A DNA stretch of 64,000 bases, from the IMG/VR virus record IMGVR_UViG_3300010396_000048, positions 4,022-68,021 of that record; one strand, 5' to 3'. Below are positions 41,577 through 49,636 of this stretch, one piece after another. The notes under the pieces are model-generated. The model searched no databases and was not told where the DNA came from. It saw only the letters and a program-made list of their open reading frames with translations. Position 1 is the stretch's first letter; each line of letters opens with the position of its first letter. The stretch comes from a virus. The translations under genes were made by a program, and so were the position numbers.

Positions 41577-42974
41577 TCAAATCGGGAGCCACAGGTTTAT
41601 CGTGGATGAACCAGCGCCGACTTCGACCATGCCCGCGAAGTTCGTACCATTGAATATCGACGTGCATATATCCGCGCCGTTGTAAACGGGCGGAACTACC
41701 GGGATGCCGTACACGATTTGATTGTTCGCGCCACCATCGGAACCAATCCAAGGAGTGGGCATAGAGCCATGAGGAGCAAAAGCCTGGCCGCCTGACGACG
41801 AGTTGGGGGACAGCAGCACCAAATCGTTCGCCGCAACGCCCCCAAGGCAGGAGCTGTTTGCGCTTTGCACGATGGGTGTGCCGGTATTGAAGTTTGCGAC
41901 CTCAACGACCGTAATTGATACGTCGCTGTTTCCTAGAGCAAAAGGCGTGATTGTCGTGCCAACGTCACCAGGGCCAGCGACCTTATAGGCAGCGCCGGCA
42001 GCGGGCGTGCAGCATCCGTTTGCGTAAATACTCGTCCAACCGCTTTGCACGGACCATTGGACTGTGTTGCAGCAAGAAATGAACGCCACCAACAAATCGC
42101 CCTGTACGATAGTGCGCTGCATGGGGACCGCTGGCGCGGCAGTCGCGCCTGGGTCAGCCGATACGCCGTAGTTCGCGACATACGGCGTATCGTATTGGCC
42201 GACGTAACCGTACAGTTGCGCACCCGGTCCACCATCAGTCAGGGAAACGACCTGCCCAACGGTCCCGGCACCCGTTGGGACACCCGTCGTCGTAGGGACA
42301 CCCCCGCCGCTGGAGCACCCCGCCGGAATGTTTATTTGTGCTCCCGGTCCTACGCTTGGAGCAGCCGCACACGCGGTTGGGCTCACGATGGGCGAAGGCA
42401 GAGGCGATGGCTGACACCCGGCCGGAATCGACAGCGCCCAACTCGGCCAGGTACCGCTAAGACCAGGCGATGCCGCGCAAGCGGTCGCCGTTACCGTAGG
42501 GTTTGGAGAGGCAGTTCCCGTACCCCCCTTCGCGACAGCGAGAGGGAGCGGAAGTATCTGCGCGATCGACGGGGCCAGCGTATTGCAGTCCACTGTCAAC
42601 GTGGTCGAACTCGACCCACCCGTACCAATGAACTGCAGCGTTCCCTGCGCGCTCGGATAGATGATGTAGCCGGAAGCACCAGAACTCGGTGTGAAGGCCG
42701 TGAGCGGAGCCGCACCAGAATCCAGATTCAGATTCAGAACGATGGGCACCGTTGTGTTCGACGGCTCAAACTTCACCGCCACCGACCCTGTGTACCCCGT
42801 ACCCGGATTGGTAATGCGGCACTGCGACGATGCGGGGATAGAAACCGGGGCCGTGGTCGCCGAAACGGAAACGGTCGCATGGTACGGAGCCGTGACCTGC
42901 GCCACGCCGTTCTGCGCCAACCCAAGTGCAATAACCGCCGCCGCAAAGAGCGACAGCCCTAAACCCTTCTTCAT
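41577..42974 (-). CDS. Signal-peptide-bearing, Pro/Thr-rich fibre/adhesin-like protein
   Basis: MKKGLGLSLFAAAVIALGLAQNGVA-Q; PLAVAKGGTG fibre motif; GDLLVA...GW C-terminal domain. Confidence 0.75.
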   Translation of the reverse strand: MKKGLGLSLFAAAVIALGLAQNGVAQVTAPYHATVSVSATTAPVSIPASSQCRITNPGTGYTGSVAVKFEPSNTTVPIVLNLNLDSGAAPLTAFTPSSGASGYIIYPSAQGTLQFIGTGGSSSTTLTVDCNTLAPSIAQILPLPLAVAKGGTGTASPNPTVTATACAASPGLSGTWPSWALSIPAGCQPSPLPSPIVSPTACAAAPSVGPGAQINIPAGCSSGGGVPTTTGVPTGAGTVGQVVSLTDGGPGAQLYGYVGQYDTPYVANYGVSADPGATAAPAVPMQRTIVQGDLLVAFISCCNTVQWSVQSGWTSIYANGCCTPAAGAAYKVAGPGDVGTTITPFALGNSDVSITVVEVANFNTGTPIVQSANSSCLGGVAANDLVLLSPNSSSGGQAFAPHGSMPTPWIGSDGGANNQIVYGIPVVPPVYNGADICTSIFNGTNFAGMVEVGAGSSTINLWLPI

Positions 42975-42983
42975 TCGATCTCC

Positions 42984-43463
42984 CTAGAAGTCGCAGACGT
43001 TAACGCCGGAATCGGTACCATCCCAGATGCCGTAGAGCGCTCCGGTATAAGCCACCGGGAGCGTCCACTGACCACCGCCGGGAATCTTCCACAGCACAGC
43101 CGTACCGGACGCCGCGACGGAGCTTGAGAGGCCGACGTACAGGTTATCCTGAGACAAGTTGTTTAGCACGACGCCAACGCGCGCTGCTCGCGCAGCCAAA
43201 ATCTGTGTGGCCGAGGTGGCAGCGGCGACGTTCGTAACTGTACCGCTGGAAACGCGCCCAACGATGACGTGAGCGTTCCCGTCTGAATCGACCGCCTGAA
43301 ACTGCTCCGAGCCATCCGTGCCGTCACCAATCGCTACGACCTGACGCAGTGAAGCGGGGGGCGTGGGATTGGCCAGGCTCGACCCACCAAGGATGCCCTC
43401 AATGGGTACCAGCGCGGAGGATGATGCGTCTTTTACCGCTGCTTCACTTGGAGTTACCGCCAT
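42984..43463 (-). CDS. Virion decoration/spike-like protein
   Basis: R.GV.L.N.S...LYVG......IPGG....L...G.LYGI jelly-roll pattern. Confidence 0.65.
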   Translation of the reverse strand: MAVTPSEAAVKDASSSALVPIEGILGGSSLANPTPPASLRQVVAIGDGTDGSEQFQAVDSDGNAHVIVGRVSSGTVTNVAAATSATQILAARAARVGVVLNNLSQDNLYVGLSSSVAASGTAVLWKIPGGGQWTLPVAYTGALYGIWDGTDSGVNVCDF

Positions 43464-43466
43464 AAC

Positions 43467-44282
43467 TCAATTTCCGCTTTGCAATAAAAGCGTATATTGC
43501 CACTGAATACTGTCGCCACTCGAAACGTTCACGGCGCTGAAAACTTTATGGTCGAGCATCACCGGGCGAATCACCAGCGCATCGGCGTTCGCAGGGAACG
43601 TGCCGGCCGCCGTCCCATCCGTGACCTTGTACCACGCCGGAACGGTGACGGTGCTCGTCGTATTCGACAGCGCCAACCCGTAGATGTTCGGGCTCTTGGT
43701 GGTGTCAACAAAGATAAACTGCTGCTCGCCCTGCGCCGTTGAACTCGATGCCGTATAAGGCGTTCCGGTTGCGATACCTGTCGTTGCCGAGCCGCCCGTC
43801 CACGGGGTTCCGGTCGTCGCCGACAGTGTGCCGTTCGTAAACAGCCCAAACTCCGTCACCGCCTCCGTGCCAGTGTAGCTAATCGTGCAGGTGACGCGAT
43901 AGGACTGCGAGTTCGCCGCGGAAACGAGAGCCTGCGTTCCGGCGACCGGAGCGATCGAATCCCACGTCTGCAAGGAAATGTCCGTCGCCGCGGCAGCCGT
44001 CGTTCCCGTACCACTCGCGCAATACTTCGCCAGAGCCAAGGTGTTGATTGGGGCGCCGGAAGGACCGGCCCACGCGAAGTCGTTGGCCATCGCCGTAACG
44101 CCCGCGTTCGTGACCGCACCCGTGCCCAAGTCTCTACGGCCGAGCAGTTTGCCATGCCGGTAGTGGGCGACCCAAACGTGACCGATCGGACGCCAATGCG
44201 CCGTCTTAAGTCCTGAGTCTTTCGGGGCAGCGCAGCCCGCAATCAGCAGGGCCGATAGGAGGCCAAGTACGAGCTTCTTCAC
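43467..44282 (-). CDS. Lipoprotein with phage collar/fibre-base-like fold
   Basis: GTG 44282: MKKLVLGLLSALLIAG-C lipobox; VTNAG, GTGTTA....D..L, VTEFGLF, VF..VN..SGDS.Q..Y. Confidence 0.75.
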   Translation of the reverse strand: MKKLVLGLLSALLIAGCAAPKDSGLKTAHWRPIGHVWVAHYRHGKLLGRRDLGTGAVTNAGVTAMANDFAWAGPSGAPINTLALAKYCASGTGTTAAAATDISLQTWDSIAPVAGTQALVSAANSQSYRVTCTISYTGTEAVTEFGLFTNGTLSATTGTPWTGGSATTGIATGTPYTASSSTAQGEQQFIFVDTTKSPNIYGLALSNTTSTVTVPAWYKVTDGTAAGTFPANADALVIRPVMLDHKVFSAVNVSSGDSIQWQYTLLLQSGN

Positions 44283-44431
44283 GGTTTGAGCCACTCCAAG
44301 AGACTAGAGAGAAAGGTGATGAATGGGTGCTCGACCTTGCCGTCCTTACGGATGACCGTGACGTCAAGAGAACCCGAAGGGCCGACGGAACCGTGCGAGG
44401 GATCGTCGGGCGGTGTCGGTTGAGCCGGCAC
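44279..44431 (-). CDS. Small hypothetical protein (50 aa)
   Basis: Manual translation MPAQPTPPDDPSHGSVGPSGSLDVTVIRKDGKVEHPFITFLSSLLEWLKP; GTGA-coupled to the lipoprotein. Confidence 0.55.
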   Translation of the reverse strand: MPAQPTPPDDPSHGSVGPSGSLDVTVIRKDGKVEHPFITFLSSLLEWLKP

Positions 44432-44433
44432 GC

Positions 44434-44652
44434 TTAGGCGCCGATGCGGCGGACCGAGCCGTCAGTTTTGACCACGGCTTCGATCATCCAACCGGGGCGC
44501 AGATGCCCAACGTGCGATTCATGCACGCGCACCGTATGCTTCGCAAAGATTGGATTGCTCGCGACGGCCTCGGCCTCGGCGTCGAATAGCACGGTTCCGG
44601 GCGAGAAAGTCTTGCCGTCCTTGGTGAACGACGATTTGACGACGAGAGGCAT
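44434..44652 (-). CDS. Small virion-associated protein
   Basis: AAGGAG RBS, 72 aa. Confidence 0.7.
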   Translation of the reverse strand: MPLVVKSSFTKDGKTFSPGTVLFDAEAEAVASNPIFAKHTVRVHESHVGHLRPGWMIEAVVKTDGSVRRIGA

Positions 44653-44663
44653 GGGGGATCTCC

Positions 44664-45569
44664 TTAGCCGACGTAGATGTCTCGCTCGGTATCGCCGAGC
44701 GTGGTTTCGTTTTTGACCGCGCCGAGTTGGGCGACCGGCGACGTGAGAATGAGGCCGTACTCGACTAGGAACGAGATACGGGAAATGAAAGCGGAATAGC
44801 TGGATTGCGAGTCGTCGTCGTAGGCTTCGCCGGTCGAGTTTTCAATGTAGAACATCGAGCCATCAGCGAACGGTAGGAACTGTGAGAATACTGTGCCTAT
44901 TCGATCAACGAGCGCTCCACTCAAAAAGGAGCGGCCGTACGGATCGTTCGTCCAAATGGTCGCGACGATCTGTCGTTGGTACCGGCCGACCTCATAGCCG
45001 ACGGTAGCTCCAGGTCCGCCGATATTGCATTCGAGTAAGGACGCGCCGGTCGGAACGACCGTATTGCCTTCTGCTACTGCAGACACGCCGTCGAGGCCGA
45101 GTCCATTGATGGCATCGGCCACGGCTGTAGCGAGGTCCGCCAAAGATTGGTTCGGCGTCGTTTGGACGAATGCGTCACCGTCGCCATTGACGACCGTGTG
45201 CACGTTGTACTGCTGCGTGCCGATTGAGCCCTCGAACGTGATGACACCGCTCGCGAACGAGGCAGTTACGGAAGGCGCTGGGCCTGGCGTATAGAGCGGA
45301 TTGTCGAACGGACTAAACCGCGTGGCGTTCTTTGCTTGGCCTACCGGGAAGACCGAGATTTGCCAGGTGCCAGGCGGATTCGCGAGGATCTTAATGAGTT
45401 CCGGCACGAGCGGTTCGCCAGCGTAGACCTGTCCATCGGTTGAGAGGATGGCGTCAACGGCGCCTGACGGTGTCGGGCACTCGTAGGCCGTGCCGAGAAC
45501 GTTGCTCGACTCAAGCGCTGCCTTGATCGCGTCGCAAAGGGAGCCGCAAACATCATCTATCCGTCCCAC
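44664..45569 (-). CDS. Tail terminator / neck protein
   Basis: Position; Y.G.P....L, ISVFP, R.Q.....TIW, F.VEY pattern. Confidence 0.65.
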   Translation of the reverse strand: MGRIDDVCGSLCDAIKAALESSNVLGTAYECPTPSGAVDAILSTDGQVYAGEPLVPELIKILANPPGTWQISVFPVGQAKNATRFSPFDNPLYTPGPAPSVTASFASGVITFEGSIGTQQYNVHTVVNGDGDAFVQTTPNQSLADLATAVADAINGLGLDGVSAVAEGNTVVPTGASLLECNIGGPGATVGYEVGRYQRQIVATIWTNDPYGRSFLSGALVDRIGTVFSQFLPFADGSMFYIENSTGEAYDDDSQSSYSAFISRISFLVEYGLILTSPVAQLGAVKNETTLGDTERDIYVG

Positions 45570-45915
45570 CTAGCAACTCCCTAACATCTTTGGCTAGTTT
45601 TTGGCGCTTGTACGGTTTCGGTACAGCCTTCATTCCGAGCGCACGGTACGCGGCCACCATGTGCTCAGCGCCGGTCGCCAAGATGACGTTGCCAGCATAG
45701 CCCTTTGCGAGAATCACCTTTGCCGCGTCGTCGCCGCTGGTGGGCTCCATGTTGACATCCAGAATCGCAATGTCCGGGCGTTTCTTGCGGCATAGTTCGA
45801 TCGCTTCGTCGCCGCTTGCGGCCTGTCCAACGACCTCCCAGCCAAGATCGGAAACCACAAGTCCGAAAAGGATACCGCGGCAGATGCCATTGTCGTCGGC
45901 GATGACACAGCGCAC
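45553..45915 (-). CDS. Stand-alone response regulator receiver protein
   Basis: IADD, EVVGQA..G.EA, PDIAILDVNM (phospho-Asp), ILAT, KP; AAGGAG RBS before GTG 45915. Confidence 0.9.
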   Translation of the reverse strand: MRCVIADDNGICRGILFGLVVSDLGWEVVGQAASGDEAIELCRKKRPDIAILDVNMEPTSGDDAAKVILAKGYAGNVILATGAEHMVAAYRALGMKAVPKPYKRQKLAKDVRELLGGTDR

Positions 45916-45925
45916 GGTGGCTCCT

Positions 45926-46705
45926 TTACGTGGCGAGTTTCTCGACAATGCAGATGTAACCGCTCAGGCCCACTTCGACTGTTGAGTGAACCTCCATAAT
46001 CTCATAGCGATCCCCGGTAGCCGCGTTGATGCGGTCTTGCTCGTTCAGCTGCTCGCCAATGACGAGTGGAACGAATACAAGATGGTGCGTCCGGTATTGT
46101 TTCGTCGGAACCTTCGGAATCGTTCCATCGCGCACGCGGTTGAGGGGCTGAATCCCGATTGGAATGGTCGCGCCCATCGTTGCATCCGGCGGGCTCTTGA
46201 ACGTGTAGACTCCGCCAGCGAGCGTGAGATATTCCTCGATCCCTTTGTACGTAGCGCCCCACGCGCGCGACACGACCACGCCTGAGCCGGCGACCTGCTG
46301 CGCTGAGGAGCCTGCCCCGGTGTTTGGCCTCGAGATGAAGCATTTTGTTTCGACCCGCATGAACACCGACTCGCGGGTCGGCCGGTCCTGGGCGAACATC
46401 CAGATGCCGTTGTCGCTCTTGTAGCCCGTTTCAACGAGGATGTCTCCCCGCTCGAGCTTCAGGTTGTCGACTTCGAACGTAAAGGCGAGGAGGTCAAAGG
46501 TGGCATTCTCTAGCGCCTTCTTCGACGACTTTTCCCCGCGCATCTGAAACTTGTTGTAAACGGGCTTGCCGTTCAGGATCGAGCCGTTAGACTTCGGGCC
46601 AAGCCGGTACACCGTGTACGTTTGGCCGAGGACGTTCGCCGCGCGCCCGCGACCATACTGAATCTTGCCGTCGACATACTTGACGCGCGTCGGTCCGGTG
46701 GCCAC
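45926..46705 (-). CDS. Head closure / head-tail joining protein
   Basis: Position after adaptor; D.I....G.RYEI beta-barrel pattern. Confidence 0.6.
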   Translation of the reverse strand: MATGPTRVKYVDGKIQYGRGRAANVLGQTYTVYRLGPKSNGSILNGKPVYNKFQMRGEKSSKKALENATFDLLAFTFEVDNLKLERGDILVETGYKSDNGIWMFAQDRPTRESVFMRVETKCFISRPNTGAGSSAQQVAGSGVVVSRAWGATYKGIEEYLTLAGGVYTFKSPPDATMGATIPIGIQPLNRVRDGTIPKVPTKQYRTHHLVFVPLVIGEQLNEQDRINAATGDRYEIMEVHSTVEVGLSGYICIVEKLAT

Positions 46706-46717
46706 GGTTTACGCCTC

Positions 46718-47560
46718 CTAGACGACTCGCTGTATGCTTCGCGATTGGTTCCCGGCGATGTCAGGGTCGAGTGGAACGGAAATGCGATCGGCCAACTCTG
46801 CGCGATACTTGCGCCACAACGCGGCGCGCACTGACAGTTCGTCCTGACGCGGTTCCCAAACGTCCGCCTTAAGCGTGTCCAGATTGATGCGCGCGTTGAT
46901 GAGGTCAGACTCGAGGATCCGAATGATCGGTACGTAGCCGTAGATCGGTTCGGTTGCCTCTGGGTCGAGAAACCGCGGGCCGGGCGGGTTCGTACCACCG
47001 CCCGTCGCACCGGTCGCAACCTGAGCCGGCGTGCCAACACCCACGACTTGGATCTGAAGGTTTGAGTCGCTGGAGGCGGCGATACACTGAAAGCCGTTGC
47101 CACTGCCGCCGAGGCCAGCCGTGTAGAACGCCGTAATTGTCGTGCCGATCCCATTCACCATGAACGAATCGGTGATATTAACGTCGTTCATCGCGAGCGC
47201 GAACAGCGCCGCCACGACAGTCGCGGGGGTGTCTCCAGTCTCAATCGTGTACTCGATAGTTTCGCCGTTTAGGTTCATCTGCACGACTGAACCTGCGGTC
47301 AGCGAACCCGTGGAGGAGAACACGAAACCTATCTGCGCTGGAATGAACATGCCGGCGAAAAGCGGACTTTCGGCGCCGAAGTATTGCACTTCGTCGTCGG
47401 GACTCGCCTGCGACAGGCGGTTCAGCAGCATTGCGTAGGGCTGAAACATCGCCAACTGCGACGAAAAGTACGGGTATCCAACCTGCAAACTCGACATCGG
47501 CGAGAGATTGGGAAAGCCGAGGATTCGAGCGACCTCGCCCATCTGCTGCTTGGTGATCAC
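46718..47560 (-). CDS. Head-tail adaptor with inserted beta domain
   Basis: AAGGAG RBS before GTG 47560; helical N/C parts (DT.KA.VW...E...R..L) with a central insertion. Confidence 0.65.
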   Translation of the reverse strand: MITKQQMGEVARILGFPNLSPMSSLQVGYPYFSSQLAMFQPYAMLLNRLSQASPDDEVQYFGAESPLFAGMFIPAQIGFVFSSTGSLTAGSVVQMNLNGETIEYTIETGDTPATVVAALFALAMNDVNITDSFMVNGIGTTITAFYTAGLGGSGNGFQCIAASSDSNLQIQVVGVGTPAQVATGATGGGTNPPGPRFLDPEATEPIYGYVPIIRILESDLINARINLDTLKADVWEPRQDELSVRAALWRKYRAELADRISVPLDPDIAGNQSRSIQRVV

Positions 47561-47576
47561 GTCGGGCTCCTTGCGG

Positions 47577-47870
47577 CTATTTCTTGGGTGCTTTCGCTTC
47601 CGCCGGATAGCGCAGCGCGACGCCAAAATGCTTTGCCATGTTGACGAGATGCTCGGTCTTGAGTTTCTGATTCGGCCGGAAGATGTACGTCGAGTGTGCG
47701 ACCTGAACCGCGCGAGATTTTTCCTCGTCGACGATCGCCAATACTTTGGCTGACTTCGTGAACCTGGGCTGTAAGCCAGGTCGAATTCCGACGCGCGCAC
47801 GTTCTCCGGCTTCGATAGCTCGCGCCTCGGCGAGCTTCGCGGGATCGGGTAGACGAATGGGACCGTTCAC
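47577..47870 (-). CDS. Small basic protein downstream of capsid
   Basis: GGAG RBS before GTG 47870. Confidence 0.6.
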   Translation of the reverse strand: MNGPIRLPDPAKLAEARAIEAGERARVGIRPGLQPRFTKSAKVLAIVDEEKSRAVQVAHSTYIFRPNQKLKTEHLVNMAKHFGVALRYPAEAKAPKK

Positions 47871-47884
47871 GTTGTCTCCATGGG

Positions 47885-47921
47885 AAATGAAGAGGAGGGG
47901 ACCGCTTTCGCGCTCCCCTCC
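47885..47921 (-). terminator. Terminator after major capsid gene
   Basis: GGAGGGGA-GCGC-GAAA-GCGG-TCCCCTCC-TCTTCATTT. Confidence 0.6.
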
Positions 47922-47938
47922 AGCTGTATTGCCAGCGC

Positions 47939-49438
47939 TTACGTCGCGCTGAAGGTCCAGATGCCGACCGCACGCGCGCGCCGACCGGCCGTGCCGGTCA
48001 GAACGACGCTCGAGCGAGTGACGTCCGTCGGGCACACCATATCGCGGATGGTCATCCAGTCGATGTGGATGCGCCGGCCCTGACGATCGGCATATGCCGG
48101 CATCAGGATCTGCACGATACCGCGGTCGAGTGCGACGTAGCCCGGGTTCAGACCGTTCGTGGCCCAATCCTCGATGCCGGCGTACCACGCATCGATCAGG
48201 GCGCCTTGACCCGTCACGATCGTCAAGTACGCAAAGCCGGAACCGCCATACGGTGCCAGCGCGATGCGCGGAGCGTTGGTATTCGGCAGGAAGGTAACGC
48301 CGACGTACTCGGAGACTTTACCGCGCTGGTAAATCTGCGACAGACCCAACGTTTGGTTGGCCTGTTTGAAGTCGTCGTCGTTGTACAGCGAACGCATGAT
48401 CGACGGAGCGATGTGCGCGATGTACGTGCCTTCGTCGTCGCCAGCGTAGTTCCGAGCGAACGGAACTGCGTTGTTCTGCAAGCCGCCGACCGCATCCAGC
48501 AGGAGTGCCTGGGTCAGGCCCTCGGTAACCTGCGAGAAGTGGACGACGCCGCCAGAGAACAACTGCGTCGGGGCATCGCCAGCGACAATGACGTCACCGG
48601 ATTGCACCGAGTAGCTGCCTTCTACGTCGGCGAGCGTGAGGGTTCCGGAGATTCCGTTGCCGCGAGCAGCCGTGGGAGCGCCGGCCGAACCGTACATCGA
48701 GCCGTACAGGACGTAGTCCGATACGTTAGTGACGTCCGGTGTGGCAAGGGTCACGTTGGCCGTGATCGGGCCGGCGAAGGACGCCGACTTCTTATAGATC
48801 AAAACCGGCAACGGGGTGCTGCCCGAAACGGGCGTGAGGACGCCATTCGTCGAGCCGGCGCCGACGGTGATGACCGTCGACAGGCCGCGGATGTCGTCGA
48901 CCTGTACTGTCGCGCCCGAGGCGTTGGCCATCGCGACGGTATACGACGCGCCGTAGCCAGCGATGTACGTGTCGCGAGCGAGCAAGTCAACCGATTGGTA
49001 TGCCTGCTTGAACGAGACCGTGACGTCGTGCGTGAAGCGATCGACGATACCGAAGTTGGTGCCGACCAAGTCGAGGTCGATACCGTCCGTCAGCTCGAAG
49101 GGAGCGAACGTATACTGCTCGATGTCGAAGTCGGATGGGGTGACGCCGTCGTCCGGTGGCGTTTGAGCTGCGGTCGGATCGGCCGCGACAACTACGGGCG
49201 CCTTGAGTCCCGGACGGGTGCGGGTGATCGTCGTGCCGCGGTTCTTCTCGAAGACTTTCTCTTCGAATGACTCGCCGTCGACGGCCTCCCAATACCCGTT
49301 GTTGGATTCGAGGAAGTCCTCGAACTCGGTCTCCAGGTAGCCCTGCTGGATCATGGGCTGCAACTGCGCCGGGAACTGCGCGATGTCGAAGATCGCAAGC
49401 ACGTACTCGGGCAGGGCAACGCCGTGCGAATTACGCAT
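47939..49438 (-). CDS. Major capsid protein
   Basis: 499 aa after scaffold; G.T.T.TR.G, Y...I.P.....L..D..F, G.V..Y.GV.F HK97-fold patterns. Confidence 0.85.
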   Translation of the reverse strand: MRNSHGVALPEYVLAIFDIAQFPAQLQPMIQQGYLETEFEDFLESNNGYWEAVDGESFEEKVFEKNRGTTITRTRPGLKAPVVVAADPTAAQTPPDDGVTPSDFDIEQYTFAPFELTDGIDLDLVGTNFGIVDRFTHDVTVSFKQAYQSVDLLARDTYIAGYGASYTVAMANASGATVQVDDIRGLSTVITVGAGSTNGVLTPVSGSTPLPVLIYKKSASFAGPITANVTLATPDVTNVSDYVLYGSMYGSAGAPTAARGNGISGTLTLADVEGSYSVQSGDVIVAGDAPTQLFSGGVVHFSQVTEGLTQALLLDAVGGLQNNAVPFARNYAGDDEGTYIAHIAPSIMRSLYNDDDFKQANQTLGLSQIYQRGKVSEYVGVTFLPNTNAPRIALAPYGGSGFAYLTIVTGQGALIDAWYAGIEDWATNGLNPGYVALDRGIVQILMPAYADRQGRRIHIDWMTIRDMVCPTDVTRSSVVLTGTAGRRARAVGIWTFSAT

Positions 49439-49494
49439 GGTGTGAACCTTTGCAAGGGGAGTGAAAGTAGAAATGCGCGCCGAGCGTTAAATCG

Positions 49495-49625
49495 ACGGCG
49501 TCAATACGCAGGGCGTTAGCCCGCTTCGGTGAGCGTCTCGCTCGCTTCGTTGGGCATCTCGCCCATTTGCGTGCGGGCATCGCGCCCGCCGTTCTCTCTC
49601 GTACACCTTGCAGCGCTCACGCTGC
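49495..49625 (-). ncRNA. Candidate structured cis-RNA (multibranch, GNRA-type pentaloop hairpins) in the capsid 5' leader
   Basis: Five short hairpins plus two enclosing helices identified by eye in the scaffold-capsid intergenic region. Confidence 0.5.
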
Positions 49626-49636
49626 GGCCACACGCC

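Noticed and set aside
49445-49636. tRNA or tmRNA in the scaffold-capsid gap
   Set aside because: No T-loop GTTCRA, acceptor stem or CCA; kept as an unknown structured RNA instead
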